A stretch of 20,924 bases of DNA from an uncultured bacterium. GTDB lineage: Bacteria > Lernaellota > Lernaellaia > Lernaellales > Lernaellaceae. Where the stretch lies: contig CAZHPN010000099.1 of assembly GCA_964534375.1 (NCBI GenBank), positions 1 to 20,924 on the forward strand. The letters run 5' to 3'. Positions 6,552 to 16,912 of the stretch are shown here, in pieces. Each line of letters begins with the position of its first letter. Within the stretch, counting starts at the first letter, position 1. A program made the translations under genes and the position numbers. The notes under the pieces are model-generated. The model ran no database searches, had not been told where the DNA came from, and saw nothing but the letters and a program-made list of their open reading frames with translations.

Positions 6552-9500
6552 ATGAACGACCGGAAGGGCAGGAAACCCAGAGGGCTGTACGACCCGCAAG
6601 AGGTTCGCGGGGCGTGCGGCGTTGGTTTCGTCGCGCGGTTGGATGCGACGCCGACGCACGAAGTGCTGGCCAGCGCGGTGCAGGCGCTGGCGAATCTCGA
6701 ACATCGCGGCGCGGTCGGCGGCGACAAATCGACCGGCGACGGCGCGGGCATTCTGTTCCGCATCCCGGACGGCTTCTACCGCGAGGAGTGCGCGATTTCG
6801 GGCCTCGAATTGCCGCCGCCCGGCGACTACGCGACGGGCCTCGTTTTTCTGCCGCGGGACGCCGCCGACGCCGCGCGTTGCGTCGTCAACTTCGAGGACG
6901 TCACGCGGCGCGAGGGCTGCGCAATCGTCGGTTGGCGCGACGCGCCGGTCGACAGCGCCTGCCTGGGCGATTACGCCCGCGGCGTGCAGCCCGACATTCG
7001 CCAGGTGTTCGTCGCCCGCAACGGTTTGTCGCGCGACGCCTTCGAACGCAAGCTGTTCGTCATTCGCCGGCTGACCGAAAAGGCGTTCGGCCAATGGCAG
7101 CGCGACGACGCTTCGCAGTATTACGTCCCCAGCCTTTCCAGCCGCACGATCGTCTACAAGGGCCTGCTGACCGGCTCGCAACTGACCCGCTTCTACCTCG
7201 ACCTCAACGACCCGCGCATGGTCACCCCGTACGCGCTCGTGCACCAGCGGTACAGCACCAACACGCTGCCCACCTGGGCGCTGGCGCAACCGTTCCGCTT
7301 CGTCGCCCACAACGGCGAAATCAACACGCTGCACGGCAACCTGAACCAGATGAAGGCCCGCGAGGCCGACCTGCGTTCGCCCCTGTTCGGCGACGACCTG
7401 GCGAAGATCCGCCCGGCGCTGGTCCGCGAGGGCAGCGACTCGGCGATTTTCGACAACATGCTCGAATTGCTCGTGCTGGCCGGCCGGCCGTTGCCGCACG
7501 CGATGATGATGATGGTGCCCGAGGCGTGGCAGAACGTGCCGGCGATGAGCGCCGACAAACGCGCGTTCTACGAGTACCACTCGGCGATCATGGAGCCGTG
7601 GGACGGCCCGGCGGCGCTGATGTTCTGCGACGACCGCTACATCGGCGCGACGCTCGACCGCAACGGCCTGCGCCCGGCGCGGTACACGGTCACGGTCGAC
7701 GGCCTGATCGTCATGGCGTCGGAAACCGGCGTGCTCGACATCGCGCCCGAGCGCATCCTCAGCCGCGGCCAGTTGCAGCCGGGGCGCATGTTTCTGGTCG
7801 ATCTCGAGCAAAAACGCATCATCCCCGACCAGGAGATCAAGGCGAAGATTTGCCGCGCGCAGCCGTATCGCCATTGGCTGAGCCAGAACCGCATCGAGTT
7901 GAAAGACTTGCCGCGCTCGACCCGCGGCCCGGAAATCCCCGCCGCGCGCCTGCAGGCGTTGCAGCAGGCTTTCGGCTACACCGAAGAAGAAGTCCAGATG
8001 ATTCTGGGGCCGATGGCGGCGCAGGGGCAGGAACCGGTCGGCTCGATGGGCAACGACGCCGCGCTCGCCGTCTTTTCGGACCGCCCGCAACTGCTCTACG
8101 CGTATTTCAAGCAGTTGTTCGCCCAGGTCACGAACCCGGCCATCGACCCGTTGCGCGAAGAACTGGTGATGTCGCTGCTGGGCTGGCTCGGCTGCTCGGA
8201 CAACCTGCTCTCGGAGACGCCCGGGCACTGCCGCCGCTTGCGCCTCGCCCAGCCGGTATTGACGCCGGAAGACCTGTCGCAGTTGCGCCAGGCGGAATCG
8301 CCCCACGTCCTGCTCAAAGAAGTCGATATGCTGTTCGACCCCGCGCGCGGCCGCGACGGCCTCGCCGCCGGGCTCGACGACATGTGCCGCCGCGCCGAAG
8401 AGGCCGTCCGCGCCGGCGCGCGGATGTTGCTGATCACCGACCGGCGGCTCGACGCGGCGCACGCGGCGATCCCCGCGCTGCTGGCGGCGGCGAATCTGCA
8501 CCACCACCTGATCTGGCACGGCTTGCGCAACAAGGTCGGCCTGATCGTCGACACGGGCGAAGCCCGCGAGGTGGCGCACCTGGCGCTGCTGATCGGCTTC
8601 GGGGCCAACGCGGTCTGCCCCTACGGCGCGCTGGCGACGGTCGCCGAACTGGCGCGCGACGGCCGCCTCGAGGGGATGACGGACCCCGAGCGCGCGGTCG
8701 ACCACTACATCACCGCGATCAAAAAGGGCCTGCTGAAGACCTTCAGCCGCATGGGCATTTCGACGCTGCGCAGTTATTGCGGCGCGCAGTTGTTCGAGGC
8801 GGTCGGCCTGGCGAAGGATTTCGTCGACCGCTATTTCTACGGCACGGTGTCGCGCGTGTCGGGCATCGGCCTGGAGCACGTCGCGGCCGAAACCGTCGAG
8901 CGCCACCGGCGGGCGTTTCCGCAAAACGGCCGCGCGCCGCGGCTGCTCGACGTCGGCGGCGCGATTCATTTGCGCGTCGGCGGCGAGCGCCATCTCTGGA
9001 CGCCCGAAGCGATCTTTCATCTGCAGCACGCCGTGCGGACCGACGATTACAAGTCGTTCAAGAAATACACGAACCTGATCGACGGCCAGTCGCGCGGCCG
9101 CGCCACGCTGCGCAGTTTGTTCCGCTTCAAGAACGGGCAGGCGATCCCGCTCGCGGAAGTCGAGCCCGCGCGGTCGATCGTCCGGCGTTTCGTCACCGCG
9201 GCGATGTCGTACGGCTCGATCAGCCGCGAGGCGCACGAGACGATCGCCATCGCCATGAACCGTCTCGGCGGCCGCAGCAACTCGGGCGAGGGCGGCGAAG
9301 ATCCCGCGCGGTTCGCGCCGCTGCCCAACGGCGATTCGAAACGCTCGGCGATCAAGCAGGTGGCGTCGGGGCGCTTCGGCGTGACGACCGAATATCTGCT
9401 CAACGCCGACGAACTGCAGATCAAGATCGCCCAAGGCGCGAAACCGGGCGAAGGCGGCCAGTTGCCGGGCCACAAGGTCAGCGCCGAGATCGCCCGCGTG

Positions 9501-11108
9501 CGGCACACGATCCCCGGCGTGACGCTCATTTCGCCGCCGCCGCACCACGACATCTACTCGATCGAAGACATCGCGCAGTTGATTTACGACCTCAAGTGCG
9601 TCAATCCGCGCGCCGCCGTTTCGGTCAAGCTGGTCGCGGAAACCGGCGTCGGCACCGTCGCCGCCGGCGTCGCGAAGGCGCGCGCCGACCTGGTGCTGAT
9701 CGCCGGCCACGACGGCGGCACGGGTGCGTCGCCGCTGACCTCGATCATGCATGCCGGCGTGCCGTGGGAACTGGGCCTCGCCGAAACGCAGCAGGCGCTG
9801 GTGCGCAACAACCTGCGCGAACGCATTCGCGTGCAGGCCGACGGCCAGATGAAAACGGGCCGCGACGTGGCGGTCGCGGCGCTGCTCGGGGCGGAAGAAT
9901 TCGGCTTCGGCACGGGCGCGCTGGTCAGCCTGGGCTGCATCATGATGCGCAAGTGCCACACCGACACCTGCCCGGTCGGCGTCGCGACCCAGAACGAGAC
10001 GCTGCGCGGCCGCTTCGCCGGCAAGCCGGAGCACGTCGAACGCTTCATGCTGTTCATGGCCGAGGAATTGCGCGAGCACATGGCGGCGCTGGGCTTCCGC
10101 ACCGTCGAGGAGATGGTCGGGCGCGTCGATCGCCTGGAAATGACCGACGCCATCGAGCAATGGAAAGCGCGCGGCCTCGACCTGTCGCCGCTGCTGCATC
10201 CGTCGGCCGAGGGCGAAGACAAGTCGCTGCACTGCATGATCGGCAACAACCTGACGTTCGCGCCGCCGCTCGACGAAGAACTGTGGCCCGAACTCGAACC
10301 CGCGCTCGCCGACGGCCGGCGCGTGGTCATCGAGCGGCCGATCCGCAATATCCATCGCACGGTCGGCGCGCGCTTGAGCGGCGAGATCGTGAAGCGTCAC
10401 GGCCCCGCCGGGCTGCCCGACGGCGCCATCCAGTTGCGTTTCACCGGCTCGGCCGGGCAGAGCCTTGGCGCCTTTCTCGCGCCGGGGGTGGAAATCCGCG
10501 TGGCCGGCGACGCGAACGATTACGTCGGCAAAGGCATGTCCGGCGGCCGGATCGTCATCGCGCCGCACCCGGATGCGACGTTTCTGCCGCACGAAAACGC
10601 CATCGTCGGCAACACCGTCCTCTACGGCGCGACCGGCGGCGAGGTCTGCATTTCCGGCGCGGCCGGCTCGCGCTTCGCGGTGCGCAACAGCGGCGCGCGG
10701 GCCGTGGTCGAGGGCGTCGGCGACCACGCGTGCGAGTACATGACCGGCGGCGTGGTCGTCGTGCTGGGCATGACGGGCAGCAATTTCGCCGCGGGCATGA
10801 GCGGCGGCGTGGCCTACGTGTACGACGAAACGCAGCTTTTCGACACGCGCTGCAACCTGGACATGGTGGAACTCGAAACGGTCTGGGCGAAAAAAGACCG
10901 GCAGTTGCTGCGCTCGTTGCTGGAAAACCACGCGCGCCTCACGGGCAGCCCGCGGGCCATGATGATGCTCGACAACTGGGCGTCGCACCTGGCGCTGTTC
11001 GTCAAGGTGATTCCCATCGATTACCGCAAGGCGATGGAGCGGGCGCACCTCGAAGAGGAAATGAAGGAAGACGCCGTGTCGGCCACCGAAGAGGTGTTCA
11101 ATGTCTAA
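6552..11108 (+). CDS. gltB: Glutamate synthase large subunit, 1518 aa
   Basis: ATG 6552 after AAAGGAAAG. GLYDP...ACGVGF (Ntn Cys), HQRYSTNT, AHNGEINT, EPWDGPA, AMSYGSIS, SNSGEGGED, KIAQGAKPGEGGQLPG, CIMMRKCHTDTCPVG (3Fe-4S), GXGXG C-terminal domain. Confidence 0.98.
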   Translation: MNDRKGRKPRGLYDPQEVRGACGVGFVARLDATPTHEVLASAVQALANLEHRGAVGGDKSTGDGAGILFRIPDGFYREECAISGLELPPPGDYATGLVFLPRDAADAARCVVNFEDVTRREGCAIVGWRDAPVDSACLGDYARGVQPDIRQVFVARNGLSRDAFERKLFVIRRLTEKAFGQWQRDDASQYYVPSLSSRTIVYKGLLTGSQLTRFYLDLNDPRMVTPYALVHQRYSTNTLPTWALAQPFRFVAHNGEINTLHGNLNQMKAREADLRSPLFGDDLAKIRPALVREGSDSAIFDNMLELLVLAGRPLPHAMMMMVPEAWQNVPAMSADKRAFYEYHSAIMEPWDGPAALMFCDDRYIGATLDRNGLRPARYTVTVDGLIVMASETGVLDIAPERILSRGQLQPGRMFLVDLEQKRIIPDQEIKAKICRAQPYRHWLSQNRIELKDLPRSTRGPEIPAARLQALQQAFGYTEEEVQMILGPMAAQGQEPVGSMGNDAALAVFSDRPQLLYAYFKQLFAQVTNPAIDPLREELVMSLLGWLGCSDNLLSETPGHCRRLRLAQPVLTPEDLSQLRQAESPHVLLKEVDMLFDPARGRDGLAAGLDDMCRRAEEAVRAGARMLLITDRRLDAAHAAIPALLAAANLHHHLIWHGLRNKVGLIVDTGEAREVAHLALLIGFGANAVCPYGALATVAELARDGRLEGMTDPERAVDHYITAIKKGLLKTFSRMGISTLRSYCGAQLFEAVGLAKDFVDRYFYGTVSRVSGIGLEHVAAETVERHRRAFPQNGRAPRLLDVGGAIHLRVGGERHLWTPEAIFHLQHAVRTDDYKSFKKYTNLIDGQSRGRATLRSLFRFKNGQAIPLAEVEPARSIVRRFVTAAMSYGSISREAHETIAIAMNRLGGRSNSGEGGEDPARFAPLPNGDSKRSAIKQVASGRFGVTTEYLLNADELQIKIAQGAKPGEGGQLPGHKVSAEIARVRHTIPGVTLISPPPHHDIYSIEDIAQLIYDLKCVNPRAAVSVKLVAETGVGTVAAGVAKARADLVLIAGHDGGTGASPLTSIMHAGVPWELGLAETQQALVRNNLRERIRVQADGQMKTGRDVAVAALLGAEEFGFGTGALVSLGCIMMRKCHTDTCPVGVATQNETLRGRFAGKPEHVERFMLFMAEELREHMAALGFRTVEEMVGRVDRLEMTDAIEQWKARGLDLSPLLHPSAEGEDKSLHCMIGNNLTFAPPLDEELWPELEPALADGRRVVIERPIRNIHRTVGARLSGEIVKRHGPAGLPDGAIQLRFTGSAGQSLGAFLAPGVEIRVAGDANDYVGKGMSGGRIVIAPHPDATFLPHENAIVGNTVLYGATGGEVCISGAAGSRFAVRNSGARAVVEGVGDHACEYMTGGVVVVLGMTGSNFAAGMSGGVAYVYDETQLFDTRCNLDMVELETVWAKKDRQLLRSLLENHARLTGSPRAMMMLDNWASHLALFVKVIPIDYRKAMERAHLEEEMKEDAVSATEEVFNV

Positions 11109-12528
11109 GGCTGACGGATTTCTGCGCTTTGGCCGCAAGGACCCGCCGAAAAAGCCCGTCGCGGAGCGGCTGCGCAATTTCGGCGAATTCGAGGAACTGC
11201 TGGCCCCCGAGCCGCTGCACGAGCAGGCGAACCGCTGCATGGATTGCGGCATCCCGTTTTGCCACACCTTCGGCTGCCCGGTGCAGAACCGCATTCCGGA
11301 GTGGATCGACGCCGTGTATCGCGGCCACTGGCGGCGCGCGGCGGACCTGCTGCACGCGACCGACAACTTCCCCGAGGTCACCGGCCGCGTTTGCCCCGCG
11401 CCGTGCGAGGCGGCCTGCACGCTGGCGATCAACCAGCCGGCCGTGACGATCCGGCACATCGAATTGCAGATCGTCGAGCGCGCCTTCGCCGAGGGTTGGG
11501 CGCCGGCGGAGCCGCCGGCCGCGCCGACCGGCCGCCGCGTCGCGATCATCGGCTCGGGCCCGGCGGGCCTGGTCGCCGCGCAGCAACTGGCGCGCGCCGG
11601 CCATGACGTGACGGTGTTCGAAAAGGACGAGCGGCCCGGCGGACTGCTGCGCTTCGGCATCCCCGACTTCAAGCTGGCGAAGTGGGTGCTCGATCGGCGC
11701 GTGGAGCAAATGAAGAAGGAAGGCGTCGTTTTCGAAACGGGCGTCGATGTCGGCGTCGATGTCTCGGCCAAATATCTGCGGCGTGGTTTCGACGCGATCG
11801 TCCTCGCGCTCGGCGCCGGCCACGCCCGCGATCTGACCGCGCCCGGCCGCGATCTGGCCGGCGTTCATTTCGCGATGGAGTTTCTCACGCAGCAAAACCG
11901 GCGCGTCGCGGGCAATACCGAGTTTTCGGCGATTTCGGCGGCCGGCAAGCACGTGGTCGTCGTCGGCGGCGGCGACACCGGCGCGGATTGCATCGGCTGG
12001 TCCAATCGCCACGGCGCGGCGTCGGTGACGCAGCTCGAAATTCTGCCCGAGCCGCCCGATCAGCGGCCCGCCGACAACCCGTGGCCGACCTGGCCGCGCG
12101 TCAAACGCACGCTTTACGCGCACGAGGAGGGCTGCCGCCGGCTATGGAGCGTGCAAACGAAGGAGTTCGTCGGCCGCGAAGGGCGGGTGGCCGGCCTGCG
12201 TGCGGTGCGCCTCGAATGGAACAAAGACGGGCGGACCTTCCGCGAAGTTCTCGGGCCGGACCTCGAAATCCCCGCCGATCTCGTCCTGCTGGCGATGGGC
12301 TTCGAGCACGTCGCGCACGGTCCGCTGCTGGCGGACCTCGGCTTGCGGCTCGACGCCCGCGGCAACGTCGCGACCGACGAACGGTTGATGACCTCGCAGC
12401 CCGGCGTCTTCGCCGCCGGCGACGCCGTGCTCGGCGCCTCGCTCGTCGTCCGCGCGTTCCACAGCGGCCGTCAGGCCGCTGCTGCGGCGGACGCCTACCT
12501 GCACGAGCGCTTCGACCCGCGAGATTGA
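11101..12528 (+). CDS. gltD: Glutamate synthase small subunit
   Basis: RCMDCGIPFCH..CP, GRVCPAPCEAAC, IIGSGPAGL, VVVGGGDTGADC, FAAGD. Overlaps the gltB 3' end by 8 nt. Confidence 0.97.
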   Translation: MSKADGFLRFGRKDPPKKPVAERLRNFGEFEELLAPEPLHEQANRCMDCGIPFCHTFGCPVQNRIPEWIDAVYRGHWRRAADLLHATDNFPEVTGRVCPAPCEAACTLAINQPAVTIRHIELQIVERAFAEGWAPAEPPAAPTGRRVAIIGSGPAGLVAAQQLARAGHDVTVFEKDERPGGLLRFGIPDFKLAKWVLDRRVEQMKKEGVVFETGVDVGVDVSAKYLRRGFDAIVLALGAGHARDLTAPGRDLAGVHFAMEFLTQQNRRVAGNTEFSAISAAGKHVVVVGGGDTGADCIGWSNRHGAASVTQLEILPEPPDQRPADNPWPTWPRVKRTLYAHEEGCRRLWSVQTKEFVGREGRVAGLRAVRLEWNKDGRTFREVLGPDLEIPADLVLLAMGFEHVAHGPLLADLGLRLDARGNVATDERLMTSQPGVFAAGDAVLGASLVVRAFHSGRQAAAAADAYLHERFDPRD

Positions 12529-12547
12529 GCGGGGAGAAGGCCGCGAG

Positions 12548-12579
12548 AAGGCAAAAGGAAAAAGGAAAAAGGAAAAAGG
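12548..12579. repeat. 7-mer tandem array (AAGGAAA)n downstream of gltD
   Basis: AAGGCAA AAGGAAA AAGGAAA AAGGAAA AAGG, starting 20 nt after the gltD stop. Confidence 0.85.
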
Positions 12580-12654
12580 GCGGCGCCGGCCGCGACGCGC
12601 CGCTGGCCTCTTGCCATCGACTTGGATTATTATCGGCGGGTAAGGAGAGTTCCG

Positions 12655-13209
12655 ATGCGCGCAACCTTGATTTTTCTGGCGATGGCCGCCTTGATTTGCG
12701 CCGCGGCGTGCGGCATCGCGAAGGGCCGTTACGACGGCCAACCGATGAACGCCGGCGGCGGCGGGCCGGCCGGCGACGACGACAGCCCGCAGGTGGCGAA
12801 CTACGAGTGGACCGACGCCGACGGCAAACAGATCCATTTATACGATTACCTCGGCAAGGTCGTGCTGCTGGATGTGGCGGCGTTCTGGTGCGTCAATTGC
12901 GAAGCCGAAGCGCCCAGTTTGCAGCACGACATTTGGGAGCCGCTGCAGGGCCAGGATTTCGAACTCATTCAACTGGTCGTGCAGGACGCCGATTTCAACC
13001 CGGCGACGCAGCAAACCGCGGCCGAGTGGCGCAACCAGTTCGATCTGACCTACGAGGTTTGCGCCGACCCGCAATGGAGCCTGAAGCAGTATCTCACGAA
13101 CAATGAGCTGCCGTTCCTGATGCTGCTCGACAAGACATTCCAAATCCGGATGAAGACGAACGATTATAACGCGAGCGGCGTCATGGCGATCATCAAGGAA
13201 TATCTGTAA
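12655..13209 (+). CDS. Redoxin/TlpA-like thioredoxin-fold protein, probable lipoprotein
   Basis: ATG 12655 after TAAGGAG. Hydrophobic signal ending AAAC, then YLGKVVLLDVAAFWCVNC (CxxC) and cis-Pro region LPFLMLLD. Confidence 0.82.
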   Translation: MRATLIFLAMAALICAAACGIAKGRYDGQPMNAGGGGPAGDDDSPQVANYEWTDADGKQIHLYDYLGKVVLLDVAAFWCVNCEAEAPSLQHDIWEPLQGQDFELIQLVVQDADFNPATQQTAAEWRNQFDLTYEVCADPQWSLKQYLTNNELPFLMLLDKTFQIRMKTNDYNASGVMAIIKEYL

Positions 13210-14682
13210 GTGACGGCCGCCCCGTTGCGCCGCCCCATCCGTCGGATCGTCTTCGTCTATCCGCCCTACGGCCCCGTGAAAAACGAACCGGGCCTGCGCG
13301 CCGTGAAAGAGAACTACGGCGTCTTTCCCTCGCTGTCGCTGGCCTACGTCGCGGCCGTCGCGGAAAAAGAAGGCTGCGACGTCAAGTTCATCGACGCCAA
13401 CGCGCTCGGCCTGTCGCTGGCCGAGACGATCCGCCGCGCCGAGGCGTTTGCGCCCGATTTGCTCGCCTTCACCGTCACCACCTACCTGTTTCATCAGACG
13501 CTCGCCTGGGTGCGGGCGCTGCGGCGGAAGATCGGCGCGCCGACGCTGCTGGGCGGCGTCCACCTCGGCCTTTTTCCGGCCGAAACGATGACGCACGATT
13601 GCGTCGATTTCGCCTGCCAGGGCGAGGCCGAGGTCGAGTTGCCCGCGTTTCTGCGGGCGATGAACGACGGCGGCGAGCTGGCGGCGGTCCCGGGCCTGGT
13701 GTGGCGGGACGGCGCACGGGTCGCGATCAACGATTGTTCGGCGCCGCTGGCCGACGTCGATCGCGCGCCGTTTCCCGCGCGGAACCTGCTGCCGAACGAC
13801 CGCTACTACAGCTTCATCAGCCGCTTCCGCAATTTCACGCCGCTGATCACCAGCCGCGGCTGCCCGTTCCATTGCGTGTTCTGCGAGCAGGGCGGCAAGC
13901 CGTTCCGGCCGCGCTCGCCGATGAACGTCGTCGACGAAGTCGAGGAGTGCTGCGACGTTTACAAAATCCGCGAGTTCGATTTTTTCGATTCGTCGTTCAC
14001 CACCAACAAGCGGCGCGTCATCGAAATCTGCCAGGAACTGGTGCGGCGGCGCGTGCGCGCCGTGTGGGCGATCCGCAGCCGCGTCGATTTGGTGGACGAC
14101 GAAATGCTGATCGCCTTGCGCGGGGCCGGGTGCAAACGCATTTATTACGGCATCGAATCCGGCGACGAAGCCGTGCTGCGCGGCCTGCGCAAGGAAACCA
14201 GCCTGCCGCTCGTGCGCGAGGTCGTCGCCAAGACCCGCCGCCGCGGCATCGAAACGTTCGGCTATTTCCTGGTCGGCAGCCCGGGCGAAACGCGCGAGAC
14301 GGTGAAAAAATCCGTCGATCTGGCGCTGGGCCTCAAGCTCGACTATGTGCAGTTTTCGAAGGTGACGCTGATGCCCGGCACGGAACTGTACCGGCTGATG
14401 CTCGCCGAACAGCACCGCGATTTCTGGCGGGAGCACATCGTCAACGAAGCCGTCGACTTCTACCTGCCGCGGCCGGGAACCGCGTTGACCGAGGCCGAGG
14501 TGCAGGCGCTCGTCCGCCACGCTTATCTTGCCTTTTACTTCCGCCCGCGTTACATCCTCAAGGCCCTGTTTCGCGTTCGCAGTTGGGCGGAATTGCGGCG
14601 CTCCGCGCTCACGGCGTGGACGATGTTCTCGCAACGGCGCGAGGTTTTCGACGCCGCCTGGACCGAAAAAGTGCAGTACTGA
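13210..14682 (+). CDS. Cobalamin-binding domain radical SAM protein
   Basis: N-terminal B12-binding-like region (PSLSLAYVAAV...LLGGVH...QGEAE), TSRGCPFHCVFC (CxxxCxxC), YGIESG, PGT motif. GTG start abuts the previous stop. Confidence 0.9.
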   Translation: MTAAPLRRPIRRIVFVYPPYGPVKNEPGLRAVKENYGVFPSLSLAYVAAVAEKEGCDVKFIDANALGLSLAETIRRAEAFAPDLLAFTVTTYLFHQTLAWVRALRRKIGAPTLLGGVHLGLFPAETMTHDCVDFACQGEAEVELPAFLRAMNDGGELAAVPGLVWRDGARVAINDCSAPLADVDRAPFPARNLLPNDRYYSFISRFRNFTPLITSRGCPFHCVFCEQGGKPFRPRSPMNVVDEVEECCDVYKIREFDFFDSSFTTNKRRVIEICQELVRRRVRAVWAIRSRVDLVDDEMLIALRGAGCKRIYYGIESGDEAVLRGLRKETSLPLVREVVAKTRRRGIETFGYFLVGSPGETRETVKKSVDLALGLKLDYVQFSKVTLMPGTELYRLMLAEQHRDFWREHIVNEAVDFYLPRPGTALTEAEVQALVRHAYLAFYFRPRYILKALFRVRSWAELRRSALTAWTMFSQRREVFDAAWTEKVQY

Positions 14683-14698
14683 CAGCGGAGCACCCCGC

Positions 14699-15655
14699 AT
14701 GCGCCCCGAGTTGTCGCGCGTTCCGGATCTGCCGCAATCGCGTCCGTTGGAATGGGCGGACCGCGCTTGGCTCGCGCCGTGGCTCGCCGCCGAGCCGCCC
14801 GGCGTCTCGGAAATGACTTTCACCAATTTGCTCACTTGGTCCGACACGCATCCGGTCCGGTTGGCGCGCCTCGGCGATACGCTGCTGTTCTGGCGCGGTC
14901 CGCACGAACGCGGCGGCGTGCTGCCGCCGCTGGGCGCGCCGCTCGACGCCGTCGGCGTCCGGCGCGCGCTCGAGTGGGCGGCCGGGGAGGGCGGTCCGGC
15001 GCGGTTCTTCCGCGTGCCGGAAGCGACGGCGCGGACGCTCGTTGCGGCCGACGGCGCGTTGGCGGCGCGGGCCGAACGCGATCACGCCGATTACGTCTAC
15101 CGGCGCGAGGAGTTGGCGACGCTCGCCGGCCGGCACTACGACGGCAAGCGCAACCTGATCAAGAAATTCTACAAAGCCGCCGACGCCGTTTTTCAACCGC
15201 TGGATTCGGCGCTCGCGGCCGAATGCCTGCGTTTGCAGTCCGAATGGTGCGCCGATCGCGGCTGCAGCGAGAACCCGGATCTGGACGCCGAAGACCACGC
15301 CGTCGTCCGCACGCTGGAACTTTGGAACGAGCTGCCGCTCCGCGGCGGCGCGTTGCTGGTCGGCGGCCCGGCGCGGCGGATCGCCGGGTTTGCCGTCGCC
15401 GAGCGGCTCACCGCCGACACCGCCGTCATTCATTTCGAAAAGGGTTCGACGCTGTACCCGGGCGTCTATCAGGCGCTCAACCAACTCGTCTGCGAACGCC
15501 TGCTGGCCGATTTCGAATTCGTCAATCGCGAACAGGATCTCGGCGTCGAAGGCCTGCGCAAAGCCAAACTGAGTTACCGGCCCGTGCTGCTGCTCGAGAA
15601 ATTCGAAGTGAAAGCCGCCGGCGACGCCGGGCCTGAAATTTCGCCGAAGGAGTAA
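14699..15655 (+). CDS. DUF2156 / phosphatidylglycerol lysyltransferase-like catalytic-domain protein (tandem GNAT-like fold)
   Basis: ATG 14699 after CGGAG. Motifs SEMTFTNL, ADYVYRREELATLAGRHYDGKRNLIKKF, IHFEKG, FVNREQDLGVEGLRKAKLSYRP. Confidence 0.85.
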   Translation: MRPELSRVPDLPQSRPLEWADRAWLAPWLAAEPPGVSEMTFTNLLTWSDTHPVRLARLGDTLLFWRGPHERGGVLPPLGAPLDAVGVRRALEWAAGEGGPARFFRVPEATARTLVAADGALAARAERDHADYVYRREELATLAGRHYDGKRNLIKKFYKAADAVFQPLDSALAAECLRLQSEWCADRGCSENPDLDAEDHAVVRTLELWNELPLRGGALLVGGPARRIAGFAVAERLTADTAVIHFEKGSTLYPGVYQALNQLVCERLLADFEFVNREQDLGVEGLRKAKLSYRPVLLLEKFEVKAAGDAGPEISPKE

Positions 15656-15660
15656 GAACT

Positions 15661-16215
15661 GTGGCCAACGAAGCCGTCGTTTTGCTGCAACAGCGTTTCG
15701 CCACGCGGGCGATCGAGCCGCGACCGCTCGACGAGGAAACGGTCGCCGATTTGATCGAGGCCGCGCGCCTGACGCCGTCGTGCTCCAACAACCAGCCGTG
15801 GCATTACTTATTCTTGCGCGGCGACGAGGCGCGCACGAAGGGTTGCGCCTGCCTCTCCGCCGACAATCAAAAGTGGGCGTGCCGCGCCCCGCTGCTGATT
15901 TTCGGCTGGTCGCGGTTGGAGGACGATTGCCGCTCGCGCGACGGCAAGGTCTACTTCCAATTCGACCTCGGCCTTTCGGCGATGAATCTGATGCTCGCGG
16001 CCACGGCGCGCGGGCTGGCGGCCCGGCCGATGGCCGGTTTTTCCGAGGCGAAAGTGCGCGAGGCGTTCGCCCTGCCGGAAGGCGCGCAGCCGCTGATCGC
16101 GATCGCCGTCGGCTATCCGGGCGACGACGACAGCCACGTGCCGGATTACGCCCGCGGCGCCGGGCGGAAGCCGCGCGAGCGAAAGCCGGCCGCCGAAATC
16201 GTGACGATTTTGTGA
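15661..16215 (+). CDS. Nitroreductase family protein
   Basis: AAGGAG before GTG. QQRFATR, AARLTPSCSNNQPWHY, FDLGLSAMNLMLAATARGL, IAVGYPG. Confidence 0.92.
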   Translation: MANEAVVLLQQRFATRAIEPRPLDEETVADLIEAARLTPSCSNNQPWHYLFLRGDEARTKGCACLSADNQKWACRAPLLIFGWSRLEDDCRSRDGKVYFQFDLGLSAMNLMLAATARGLAARPMAGFSEAKVREAFALPEGAQPLIAIAVGYPGDDDSHVPDYARGAGRKPRERKPAAEIVTIL

Positions 16216-16306
16216 CGGGCGGCGAGGGCGCGGTTTTGCTTTTCCGCAGTTCGAGATTAAGTTATCGGCGTCAAGGCGCTTTACCTTTTGCCTCCGGAGG
16301 AACCCG

Positions 16307-16840
16307 ATGCAGACACCCGACGCGTCCGCGTTGAGCATGTTGAAAACCGCGCTCGAAATGGAAGAAAAAGGCTACCGCTTCTACGCGAAGGCCGTGGCCG
16401 AGGACAAAAACGAATTGGGGCGGGGCGTCTTCAAGATGCTGCGCGACGACGAGAAAATTCACATCGAACGCATTCGGATCATCTTCACGAGCCTGGTTAG
16501 CGGCGGCGCGTGGACGGACGAGTGGAAAGAGTTTTCGACTCCGCCGCGCGATCTGGGCCAGATTTTCCGCGACCTGGCGCAACAGCACGAGTCGGAAATC
16601 ACGCCCGAGACCGGCGACCTGACGGCGATCGACATCGGCCTGGACTTCGAGGCCAAATCGGTGCGGTTCTACACGGAAGAACTCCAGCGCGCGGTCAACC
16701 CGCTCGAACGCGACTTCGCCAAGGCGATGATCGCCGAAGAGGAAACGCACCACGAGCTTCTGGCCGACATGAAGCTCTATTTGACCGATCCGGAGTCATG
16801 GTTTCGCGAGCGTGAAAAGGGTGGCCTCGACGGGGCGTAG
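16307..16840 (+). CDS. Ferritin-like / rubrerythrin-family diiron protein
   Basis: GGAGG RBS. Duplicated E...ExxH pattern: ALEMEEKGYRFY...DDEKIH and GLDFEAKSVRFY...EEETHH. Confidence 0.88.
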   Translation: MQTPDASALSMLKTALEMEEKGYRFYAKAVAEDKNELGRGVFKMLRDDEKIHIERIRIIFTSLVSGGAWTDEWKEFSTPPRDLGQIFRDLAQQHESEITPETGDLTAIDIGLDFEAKSVRFYTEELQRAVNPLERDFAKAMIAEEETHHELLADMKLYLTDPESWFREREKGGLDGA

Positions 16841-16841
16841 A

Positions 16842-16880
16842 AGTCACGAGTTACGAGTTACGAGTTAGGAATTACGAGTT
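16842..16880. repeat. 7-mer tandem array (AGTTACG)n
   Basis: AGTCACG AGTTACG AGTTACG AGTTAGG AATTACG AGTT, separated by 1 nt from the ferritin-like stop. Confidence 0.88.
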
Positions 16881-16912
16881 GCAAATCGCGGACACGCCGG
16901 CAGGGGCGCCAG

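Noticed and set aside
6363..11771. 1802-aa antisense ORF and 1610-aa alternate-frame ORF (6614-11446) over gltB
   Set aside because: Shadow ORFs expected from strong GC3 bias; low-complexity Arg/Ala/Gly-rich translations with no motifs. The same applies to the other overlapping ORFs, e.g. 424-1200, 531-1118 and 12838-14847.
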